Made by a program: the position numbers and the translations under genes | The notes under the pieces: model-generated | Told to the model about the DNA's origin: nothing | Databases searched by the model: none | The model's input: the letters and a program-made list of their open reading frames with translations, nothing else | Part shown: piece by piece, positions 7,561-14,770 of the stretch | Numbering within the stretch: the first letter of the stretch is position 1 | How the letters are laid out: each line of letters opens with the position of its first letter | Assembly (NCBI GenBank): GCA_021324045.1 | Contig: JAJPJV010000023.1 | Location: 80,687-104,686, forward strand | Reading direction: 5' to 3' | DNA: 24,000 nt | DNA from: Actinomycetota bacterium | GTDB taxonomy: Bacteria; Actinomycetota; Acidimicrobiia; Acidimicrobiales; RAAP-2

Positions 7561-8310
7561 ATGGCCATCGACTACGACGTCAAGGATCGGATCGCCTACA
7601 TCGCGTTCTGCAGGCCCGAGAAGCACAATGCGCTGCGGGACGAGGACATCGCGGACCTGATCGGTGCGCTGAGCCGCCTCGACCACGACGAGGCAGCGGA
7701 CATCGGGATCATCCATGGACAGGGGCGTTCGTTCTCGAGCGGTGCCGACGTCGGGGCTCGCCTCCAGCGTTCGATCGACGAGCAGGACGCCGCCAACCGA
7801 ACGAGCGAGGCCGATGCCATCTTGAAGAGCGCGAGCAACAAGCCCCTGATCGCCGCGGTCCACGGGTATTGCCTGGGCCACGCGTTGGGAACCGCGCTGT
7901 TGTGCGATCACCTCGTGGCCGAGCGCAGCGCGAAGTTCCGGGTGCCTGAAACGGCGCTGGGGATTCCCTTGCCTGGCCTGTGGTTCCGACTCGGCGCCAA
8001 CACGTTCGCCAATGACGTCACGATGACGGCCAGGTACTTCAGTGGGGAAGAAGCCGCTCGCGCGGGACTGGTGACCCGGCTCGTCGAGGAGGGCGCGCAC
8101 CTGACGGGGGCCGAGGAACTGGCCAGGGCCATCCTCGAGCATCCCCAGGAGGCCGTACGCGAGCTGGTGCGGGTCCGCAGGGCGGTCGTCGCCACCGTTG
8201 CCCAGGAGGCTCAACGCGTGGGTGGAGCCTTCGACTGGGCCCGCAGCACCGAAGCAGCGGAGCGCATCCGCAGCACGCTCGAACGCGTGAGCGACTCGAA
8301 CCGAGGCTGA
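7561..8310 (+). CDS. enoyl-CoA hydratase/isomerase (crotonase) family protein
   Basis: 249 aa: MAIDYDVKDRIAYIAFCRPEKHNALRDEDIADLIGAL...IIHGQGRSFSSGADV...KPLIAAVHGYCLGHALG. This is the classic crotonase fold signature. ATG 7561 is preceded by AAGAGGAG. The upstream part of the 7399 ORF is rejected. Confidence 0.85.
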   Translation: MAIDYDVKDRIAYIAFCRPEKHNALRDEDIADLIGALSRLDHDEAADIGIIHGQGRSFSSGADVGARLQRSIDEQDAANRTSEADAILKSASNKPLIAAVHGYCLGHALGTALLCDHLVAERSAKFRVPETALGIPLPGLWFRLGANTFANDVTMTARYFSGEEAARAGLVTRLVEEGAHLTGAEELARAILEHPQEAVRELVRVRRAVVATVAQEAQRVGGAFDWARSTEAAERIRSTLERVSDSNRG

Positions 8311-8391
8311 TCGTTACGGGAGCATGCAGACCGCAGGCGCCGGCAGGCTCCCTCGACGAGGGCATGAGGTAACGTCGGGCGACCAGGTAAT

Positions 8392-8420
8392 TTGACGTCA
8401 AAAGGTTTGGCACCTAGGTT
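8392..8420 (+). promoter_or_regulatory. putative promoter of the MFS-MarR operon with a palindromic operator
   Basis: TTGACG (8392-8397), a 17-nt spacer, then TAGGTT (8415-8420, TAnnnT). The perfect 10-bp palindrome TTGACGTCAA (8392-8401) overlaps the -35. This is the only AT-rich patch in the 8311-8487 gap. Confidence 0.45.
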
Positions 8421-8487
8421 GAGGCGATCGCAATCCTGTCGCTGCTGAACCGCTCGATCCCTGCCCGGATCGCACCGGCGCGCTGAC

Positions 8488-9978
8488 ATGGTCACGTTCT
8501 GGCGGGGCTCTGACGCCAACCGCATGGACCCTCACGTCAAGCGGGTCGCCACCGTGATCGTGCTGGGGTCGATCATGTCCGTGCTCGACACGACCATCGT
8601 CAACATTGCCCTGGACACGCTGTCGAAAGATCTGCACAGCTCGTTGAGCACGATCCAGTGGGTGGTCTCGGCGTACCTATTGGCGCTCGGCGCGGTGATC
8701 CCGCTCACCGGATGGGCGGTGCGCCGTTTCGGCGCGTTCGCGGTCTACATGCAGGCGCTCGTGATGTTCACCCTGGGCTCGGCGCTCTGTGCGCTGTCGA
8801 CGTCGACGAGCGAGCTCATCGCGTTCCGAGCGTTCCAAGGGGTCGGGGGTGGGATGCTCGTGCCCACAGGCATGGTCCTCCTCGTCCAGGCCGCAGGTCC
8901 GGTCCATTTGCCCAAGGTCATGGCCGCGATCGGCGTTCCGATGGTGCTCGCCCCCGTCGTGGGCCCGACCTTGGGGGGGTTCCTCCTCCAGAGCGTGAGC
9001 TGGCATGCCATCTTCATGATCAACATCCCTGTCGGGGTCGTGACCGCCGTCGTCGCCACGCGCCTGCTCCCGCGTCAACCCCCCGACGGTGTCGGGGTTC
9101 GCCGACTCGACTGGCAGGGTTTGGTGCTGTCGGGCGCAGGAACGGTCGGCATCATTTACGGGCTCTCCAAGAGCGCCACCGCGGGGAGCCTCACCGCCAG
9201 CTCGGTGGTGGTGCCGGTGGTGGTGGGCCTTGCGCTGCTCGTGGTGTTCGTCGTTCGTGCCCTGCGAGCCGAGCACCCGCTCCTGGACATGAAGCTCTAC
9301 CGGATCAAGGCATACGGATCGGCCTCGGCGGTCATGTTCTGCCTGGGTGCTGCCATGTTCGGAGCGATGATCCTGTTGCCCCTGTACTTCCAGGTGGCAC
9401 AGGGTCAGGATGCCATTCGCACCGGACTGTTGCTCATTCCCCAGGGGGTTGGGGCGGCAGTCGGGATGAACCGATCGGCCATGGCGACACGGCGTCTGGG
9501 GGCTGGCCTCACTTCCCTCTACGGGGGATTGGTCATGACGGCGGCGACCGTTCCCTTCGCTTTCATGGGTGCCACGACCCCTTATCTCGACCTCGCCGTG
9601 CCGATGGTCGTTCGAGGGGTGGGCATCGGCCTGGCGATCATGCCTGCGTTCACCGCGGCATTCGCGACCCTCGACGACGACCAGGTCACCGACGCCAGTC
9701 CCCAGCTGAACGTCATCCAGCGCATCGGCGCGTCCTTCGGCACGGCAGTAGTGGCCGTGGTCTTGCAGTCCAAGCTCACCCATGCTGGCGTCGCGGGCGC
9801 CGTGGATGGCGCGTCGCGCGCGGCGGCGGCCTTCGACGGGACGTACTGGTGGGTGATGGCCATGAGCGTGGTCGCGTTGGTGCCGGCCGTGATCATGTGG
9901 CGGGTCGAGCGCAAGGTTCGAGCCGACGGCGGACCATCGGCCATCCCTCATGAGGCGCTGATCGAGGTTGCGGCATGA
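8488..9978 (+). CDS. MFS transporter, DHA2 (EmrB/QacA, 14-TMS) drug:H+ antiporter family
   Basis: The N-terminal signature VLGSIMSVLDTTIVNIALDTLSKDLHSSLSTIQWVVSAYLLALGAVIPLTGW and FRAFQGVGGGMLVP is typical of DHA2. Many hydrophobic segments run over 496 aa. Alternative start at Met13 (8524). Confidence 0.9.
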   Translation: MVTFWRGSDANRMDPHVKRVATVIVLGSIMSVLDTTIVNIALDTLSKDLHSSLSTIQWVVSAYLLALGAVIPLTGWAVRRFGAFAVYMQALVMFTLGSALCALSTSTSELIAFRAFQGVGGGMLVPTGMVLLVQAAGPVHLPKVMAAIGVPMVLAPVVGPTLGGFLLQSVSWHAIFMINIPVGVVTAVVATRLLPRQPPDGVGVRRLDWQGLVLSGAGTVGIIYGLSKSATAGSLTASSVVVPVVVGLALLVVFVVRALRAEHPLLDMKLYRIKAYGSASAVMFCLGAAMFGAMILLPLYFQVAQGQDAIRTGLLLIPQGVGAAVGMNRSAMATRRLGAGLTSLYGGLVMTAATVPFAFMGATTPYLDLAVPMVVRGVGIGLAIMPAFTAAFATLDDDQVTDASPQLNVIQRIGASFGTAVVAVVLQSKLTHAGVAGAVDGASRAAAAFDGTYWWVMAMSVVALVPAVIMWRVERKVRADGGPSAIPHEALIEVAA

Positions 9979-10430
9979 CGGTCGTGAAGGACCAGACCGA
10001 CCGCGCACAGGCGCTCGAGGCCGTTCGCTCGGCGATGGTCGAGCTCTTCGGCGCCGAGCGGCGCCTGCGCGCCCGGGACCAAGCGCACGGCGGCCTCACC
10101 AACGCGCAGCTGCGGGCCCTTTTGATCCTCGATCAACACGACGAGGTGACGGCCGGGGAGCTGGCCAAAAGCGCCGACCTCAACCCGGCGAGCGTGACGG
10201 CCATGCTCGATCAGCTCGAATCGAGAGGCATCATCGAGCGTCAGCGGGCACACGACGACCGCCGGGTCTGCATGGTCTCGCTCACCCCGGCCGGGCGCGA
10301 GGTGGTCAAGGAGCGACGTGCGGCATGGCACGCGATGTGGGAGCAGCGCCTGGGACAGTTCTCCGACCATGAGCTCATGGCTGCGCTCTCGGTGCTGCGG
10401 ACGATGACCAAGGTGATCGACGAGCTCTGA
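9975..10430 (+). CDS. MarR-family transcriptional regulator, translationally coupled to the MFS exporter
   Basis: LTNAQLRALLILDQHDEVTAGELAKSADLNPASVTAMLDQLESRGIIERQRAHDDRRVCMVSLTPAGREVV is a MarR wHTH. ATGA overlap with the MFS stop at 9975-9978. Confidence 0.85.
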   Translation: MTVVKDQTDRAQALEAVRSAMVELFGAERRLRARDQAHGGLTNAQLRALLILDQHDEVTAGELAKSADLNPASVTAMLDQLESRGIIERQRAHDDRRVCMVSLTPAGREVVKERRAAWHAMWEQRLGQFSDHELMAALSVLRTMTKVIDEL

Positions 10431-10755
10431 TCCCGCCCGGACGACCGGCGCGTCGCCGTGATTCGGGGCGCCGGAGGGCCGCGGGGACGGGGGAACCCCC
10501 TTGGTCCAACGGCGGGCTCGATGGGCAAACGTGGTCTGGGTCGGCCGGGCACACGGTCGCCATGGCGCGCGGTGGCTGGGAGGGGCGACCCGACGGGCGC
10601 ATGGGGCCTTGGTTCGATCGCTCGCTGTGATGATCCTCGGGTCCTCGCCTCCCGATCGCCTACCCTCGCCGACCGGTCGGGGGTCCTCGTCACGGCGGAG
10701 GAAGTGAGAACAGCGGACCCGGTCACCGGTCGAGGCGGTCGCGCGTTCGAAGGGC

Positions 10756-11469
10756 CTATCCGGTGGTCGCCTCGAGGGGTACGTCCGTCGGAGGGGAGCG
10801 CCCATCGGAGGGGATCGTGATCGGGCGGGGCGGATCGGCGACGAGGAGGTGAGGCGCACCGGTGCGGATGGCAAGGCCAATCGTCGCCGCAGCGGGGTCG
10901 GCCGATGGGTCCAGCGGCGGGTAGACGACCGAGACATTGATCCCATACGGGGAGAGCTCCTGACGAGCGACTTCGGAGACGGCGTTGAGCGCAGCTTTCG
11001 CGGCGGCCCAGCTTCCGAGGTCGAACGCGCCCTGCAACGAGGCCGCGGAACTGACGTTGACGATCGAGCCGGTTCGCTGGCGCCGCATCGGCGGGAGCAC
11101 CGCCTGCATCGCCACGAGCGAGGCGACGACCTCGAGCTCGAGCACCGCCCGGACGTCGCTCGGCGCGACCTCGGCGATCGGAACCCGCAGTTGGCGGGCC
11201 GCGGCGTTCACCAGTACGTCGACGCGGCCGAATGCCTCCAGGGTCTTTGCCACCAGCCGCTGCACCTGCCAGGGCACCGTGACATCGGTGGGGACGGCCA
11301 TGGCGCCGTCGAGTTCGCCTGCGAGCGCGCTCAGTCGCTCGCTGCGACGGGCGGCCAGGACGGTGTGCGCGCCCTGGGCAGCGAGCCACCGGGCAGCCGC
11401 CTCGCCGATTCCCGACGAAGCGCCGGTGAGGATGACGACCGTGTCGGCGAGCTCCATCGGCTCCACCAT
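10756..11469 (-). CDS. SDR-family protein with a non-canonical active site (Tyr replaced by Trp)
   Basis: TVVILTGASSGIGEAAA (TGxxxGxG), then VNAAA in place of NNAG, and NVSS...GSWAAAKAAL where YxxxK is expected. The Trp codon TGG is at 11008-11010 (plus strand cca). The Lys codon is at 10996-10998. Confidence 0.8.
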   Translation of the reverse strand: MVEPMELADTVVILTGASSGIGEAAARWLAAQGAHTVLAARRSERLSALAGELDGAMAVPTDVTVPWQVQRLVAKTLEAFGRVDVLVNAAARQLRVPIAEVAPSDVRAVLELEVVASLVAMQAVLPPMRRQRTGSIVNVSSAASLQGAFDLGSWAAAKAALNAVSEVARQELSPYGINVSVVYPPLDPSADPAAATIGLAIRTGAPHLLVADPPRPITIPSDGRSPPTDVPLEATTG

Positions 11470-11520
11470 GACGGATCGCTGCCCCGTGCCCTAGGGGCCA
11501 AGGTCACATTGCGAGCCGAT

Positions 11521-11536
11521 TTCAATGCTTCAATGC
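11521..11536. repeat. tandem direct repeat TTCAATGC x2 in the divergent SDR/stressosome control region
   Basis: TTCAATGC at 11521-11528 is repeated exactly at 11529-11536. It lies within an AT-richer patch of the 185-bp divergent intergenic region. Confidence 0.5.
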
Positions 11537-11654
11537 CGAGCCCCCACTGAGGAAAAGCGCCGCTCGTGGTTCCTGGGCAAGCGGTGGCCGAAGAGGCCTC
11601 GGGTACGATCGGCGACGGCGACGGTTCGAGGGCACTGAAGCGAGGAGGTGGCCG

Positions 11655-12875
11655 ATGGCGACGCGAGGCGTCGAAGATCGCGGTCCCGGCGGCTGGCCGG
11701 GCGAACTCGACGCGATGCTCGGGGCGATCACCGACTACGCGATCATCACGCTCGACCCCAGCGGCACGGTGACCCGGTGGAGTCGTGGAGCCGAGGCCAT
11801 GACCGGTTTCCTTGCGACCGAGGTGCTGGGGCAGCCGGTTTCGATCCTCTACGCCGACGAAGACCGCAAGAACGGCCTCGTCGAGCAGGGGCTCCGGGGC
11901 GCACGTGACTTCGGACGCTTCCAGCTCGAGGGGTGGCAGGTCAAAAAGGGTGGCGAGCGCTATTGGGCGAACATGACCCTGAGTCCCATCCGAGACGACC
12001 ACAATGCGCTCACCGGCTTCGTCGCGGTGGCCCAAGACGTCACGGAACGCAAGAAGGTGGAGCGGCTCTTCCAGGACCTCTTCGAGACGGCGCCCGACGC
12101 CACCGTCATCGTCGGGCCCGACGGGCGCATCGCCCGGGTCAACCGCCAAGCCGAGGAGCTCTTCGGGTACCGTCGTGACGAGCTCGTGGGCCAAGAGGTC
12201 GAGATCCTCGTACCTCAGCGCTTCCGGCAGAGCCACCCAGCGCTGCGCGGCGGGTTCCTCGCCGCTCCCAGGGCGCGCCCGATGGGCATCGGGCTCGAGC
12301 TGTACGCCATGCGACGGGACGGCAGCGAGGTCCCCGTCGAGATCAGTCTGAGCCCGCTCGAGACCAACGAAGGGGTGCTGGTCTCGGCCGCGATCCGGGA
12401 CGTGACCGAGCGGCACCGACAGCTCGAGCAGTTGCGCCGCCAGCGCGACGAGATCCTGGAGCTCTCCACCCCAGTGATCCAGGTGTGGGACAAGGTCCTG
12501 GCGCTTCCGATCATCGGCACCCTGGACTCCGATCGCGCCTCACGGCTCACCGAGAGCCTGCTGGAGAAGATCAGCGAGCAGCAGGCAGAGGTCGTCATCT
12601 TGGACATCTCCGGCGTGCCGACGATCGACACTTTGGTTGCCCAGCACTTGCTCAAGACGGTCCAGGCCGCGACCCTCATGGGCGCGACGAGCATCATGAG
12701 CGGCGTGCGGCCTGAGACGGCTCAGGCAATGGTGCACCTGGGGATCGACATGGGCCAGCTCCGGAGCCGCAACACGTTGCGCGATGCCTTGCAGCTCGCG
12801 CTGCGCGTGGTTCGGGAACGCAGCGAACTGGCTGACCGAGCGACCCGGAGCATCGAGGTCGAGGAGCTCAGATGA
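11655..12875 (+). CDS. rsbR: RsbR-like stressosome scaffold/sensor: PAS-PAS N-terminus with C-terminal STAS domain
   Basis: Two PAS units, about aa 18-135 and 138-255, each ending in DVTER. The C-terminus ELSTPVIQVWDKVLALPIIGTLDSDRASRL...VVILDISGVPTIDTLVAQHLL...GVRPETAQAMVHLGID matches the RsbR-type STAS. GGAGG lies 6 nt before the ATG. Confidence 0.85.
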   Translation: MATRGVEDRGPGGWPGELDAMLGAITDYAIITLDPSGTVTRWSRGAEAMTGFLATEVLGQPVSILYADEDRKNGLVEQGLRGARDFGRFQLEGWQVKKGGERYWANMTLSPIRDDHNALTGFVAVAQDVTERKKVERLFQDLFETAPDATVIVGPDGRIARVNRQAEELFGYRRDELVGQEVEILVPQRFRQSHPALRGGFLAAPRARPMGIGLELYAMRRDGSEVPVEISLSPLETNEGVLVSAAIRDVTERHRQLEQLRRQRDEILELSTPVIQVWDKVLALPIIGTLDSDRASRLTESLLEKISEQQAEVVILDISGVPTIDTLVAQHLLKTVQAATLMGATSIMSGVRPETAQAMVHLGIDMGQLRSRNTLRDALQLALRVVRERSELADRATRSIEVEELR

Positions 12876-13270
12876 GCGAGGGTGTGCCCGCGCGCGACGA
12901 CGTCTGCCCGATCATGCGGATCGGCGACACGTTGCTCGTGGCCCTCCAAGGCGAGCTCGACGACGCCACCGTGGTCCGCATCGAGGACCGGCTCACCAAG
13001 GAGGTCGCGCGCACCCATGCCACTGGCACCCTGATCGACGTGAGCGGCCTCAGCGTCGTCGACTCCTTCATCGCTCGCGTCATCGCCAGGGTGGTTGGGA
13101 TGGTGCGCTTGCTCGGCTCCGAAGCCGTGGTGGTCGGCATCCAGCCGGCGATCGCGATCACCTTGGTCGAGCTCGGCGTGCCGATGGGGCATCTCGACAC
13201 TGCGCTCGACGCCGAGCAAGGCATGGCGCTGTTGCGCCGACTGCGTGTCGATGGCAACCGAGCTCGTTGA
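12872..13270 (+). CDS. rsbS: RsbS-like single-STAS stressosome protein
   Basis: 132 aa: IMRIGDTLLVALQGELDDATV...LIDVSGLSVVDSFIARVIARVVGMVRLLGSEAVVVGIQPAIAITLVELG. This is collinear with B. subtilis RsbS as I recall it, including the phosphorylatable Ser in the DSFIA motif (Ser65, nt 13064-13066). ATGA overlap with rsbR. Confidence 0.85.
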   Translation: MSEGVPARDDVCPIMRIGDTLLVALQGELDDATVVRIEDRLTKEVARTHATGTLIDVSGLSVVDSFIARVIARVVGMVRLLGSEAVVVGIQPAIAITLVELGVPMGHLDTALDAEQGMALLRRLRVDGNRAR

Positions 13271-13676
13271 ACCGACCGAGGTCGTTGTCCCGATCGATTC
13301 GGAGGCCGACCTCATCCAAGTTCGCCGGGTCCTGCGCACCGAGGCCGTCCGCGCGGGGCTGAGCCTCGTCGATCAGACCAAGCTCGTCACCGCCGGGAGC
13401 GAGCTCGCCCGCAACATCTTGATCTATGCCGGCGACGCTGGGGGGGAGCTCCGGGTCGAGCAGGTCCGTTCCGGCGATCGTCAAGGGGTACGGGCCACGT
13501 TCTCCGACAACGGACCCGGGATCGAGGACGTCGAGGCCGCCCTCACCGACGGGTTCTCCACGAACGGGAGCCTCGGGCTCGGCTTGCCCGGATCCAGACG
13601 CCTCGTCGACGACCTCTCCATTCGTTCCGCGAAGGGAGCCGGCACCACGGTGGTCATCGTAAAGTGGCGACGCTGA
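13251..13676 (+). CDS. rsbT: RsbT-like serine kinase (GHKL ATPase, anti-sigma-factor-type)
   Basis: 141 aa: LVTAGSELARNILIYAG (N-box), DNGPGI (G1), DGFSTNGSLGLGLPGSRRL (G2), VIVKWRR. This closely parallels B. subtilis RsbT. The ATG at 13251 overlaps rsbS by 20 nt. Confidence 0.85.
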   Translation: MATELVEPTEVVVPIDSEADLIQVRRVLRTEAVRAGLSLVDQTKLVTAGSELARNILIYAGDAGGELRVEQVRSGDRQGVRATFSDNGPGIEDVEAALTDGFSTNGSLGLGLPGSRRLVDDLSIRSAKGAGTTVVIVKWRR

Positions 13677-14770
13677 AGGCGAGCACTGCGATCATCGAGT
13701 CCGCGCATCGCTGCCACTTCGTGCGTGCCGAGGAAGACGTCGGTGCGCTGCGGCGTGCGGTGGTCGAGCTCGCGTCGCGCTGCCTCGGGCTCCGGGCCGC
13801 CGATGCAGCGCTCGTCGCCACCGAGCTCGGCACGAACCTGGTCCGGCATGCCACCCCAGGTGGCTATGTGCTGTACCGAGCAGATCGCGAGGGGATCGAG
13901 TTGCTGGCGGTGGACCGTGGACCCGGTTTGGCGCATCAGGGGCAGCTCGCGCTCCGAGGAGCTGCGCACGCGTCGCCCGATCCGCCGGCTCGCCGGCGGG
14001 GGCTGGGAATCGGGCTCGGCGTCGTCGCTCGGACCGCCACCGAGTTCGACCTTTATTCCTCCCGGCCCGGCGGGACGGTGGTGCTGGCACGCCTGCTGTC
14101 GCATCCGCGGCAAAGGACGTGGTGTCGCTGGGGCGCGGTCAACGTCCCGCGCGACCACGTCGGGGATTCGGGGGATGGGTGGATGGTGAGCGTGAACGGA
14201 ACGCTCACCGCGCTCGTCGTCGACGGGCTCGGCCACGGGGAAGCGGCTGCCCGTGCGGCACGAGCGGCCATTTCGGTCTTTGCGGCCCAACCAGGCGCGG
14301 AGCTGGCAGACCTCATGGATCGCGCCGACCAGGCGATGCGCTCGACGCGTGGCGGTGCGTTGGGCGCCTGCTCCATCGATCCCGGATCTCCCGGCGCGTC
14401 CTTCGGGGCCGGATTGCGCTACGTCGGCGTCGGCAATGTCGTCGGCCGGCTCTTCTCTCAGGGGAAGAGTCAGGGCCTCGTCGGCCGCGAGGGCACGCTG
14501 GGGACCCCACTGGGCGTGCGTCGCGCGCCGGTTGCGACGTACCAATGGCCGCCGGGTGCGACCGTCATCCTGGCCTCCGATGGCCTGCGGACTCGCTGGG
14601 ACCCGTTGGCGTACCCCGGCCTTCTCGGTCGTGACCCCTCGGTCGTGGCTGCGGTCTTGCACCGTGACTTCGGGCGAACCAGTGACGACGCGACGGTCCT
14701 GGTCATCGAGGACCTCCGCTCCGGGTCCTCGGGAGCCGAGGAGGGCCGGCTCGCATCGCCACGCCGATGA
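13664..14770 (+). CDS. fusion protein: N-terminal RsbT/RsbW-like GHKL kinase domain + C-terminal RsbX-type PP2C (SpoIIE) phosphatase
   Basis: N-terminal part (about nt 13706-14098): VATELGTNLVRHA, DRGPGL, GLGIGLGV. C-terminal part (about nt 14126-14713): GDSGDGW...LVVDGLGHGEAAARAA...MRSTRGGALG...VGVGNV...ILASDGL...TSDDATVLVIE parallels RsbX. The GTG start overlaps the rsbT end by 13 nt. Confidence 0.8.
   Translation: MATLKASTAIIESAHRCHFVRAEEDVGALRRAVVELASRCLGLRAADAALVATELGTNLVRHATPGGYVLYRADREGIELLAVDRGPGLAHQGQLALRGAAHASPDPPARRRGLGIGLGVVARTATEFDLYSSRPGGTVVLARLLSHPRQRTWCRWGAVNVPRDHVGDSGDGWMVSVNGTLTALVVDGLGHGEAAARAARAAISVFAAQPGAELADLMDRADQAMRSTRGGALGACSIDPGSPGASFGAGLRYVGVGNVVGRLFSQGKSQGLVGREGTLGTPLGVRRAPVATYQWPPGATVILASDGLRTRWDPLAYPGLLGRDPSVVAAVLHRDFGRTSDDATVLVIEDLRSGSSGAEEGRLASPRR

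Noticed and set aside
8658-10008. 431-aa plus-strand and 443-aa minus-strand ORFs overlapping the first MFS gene
   Set aside because: They are Arg/Gly/His-rich products of alternative frames. The 8488 frame gives a textbook DHA2 transporter.
10606-10625. GGTTCGATC, resembling a tRNA T-loop (GGTTCGAATCC), in the long intergenic gap
   Set aside because: The flanking bases cannot form a T-stem (CTTGG versus GCTCG), and no acceptor or anticodon arms are evident. It is not a tRNA.
11601-11609. GGGTAC, resembling the -10 of SigB/SigF-type promoters (GGGTAT), upstream of rsbR
   Set aside because: No GTTT-type -35 lies at 13-17 nt; the nearest GGTTC is about 27 nt away. I kept only the generic TACGAT TAnnnT observation.
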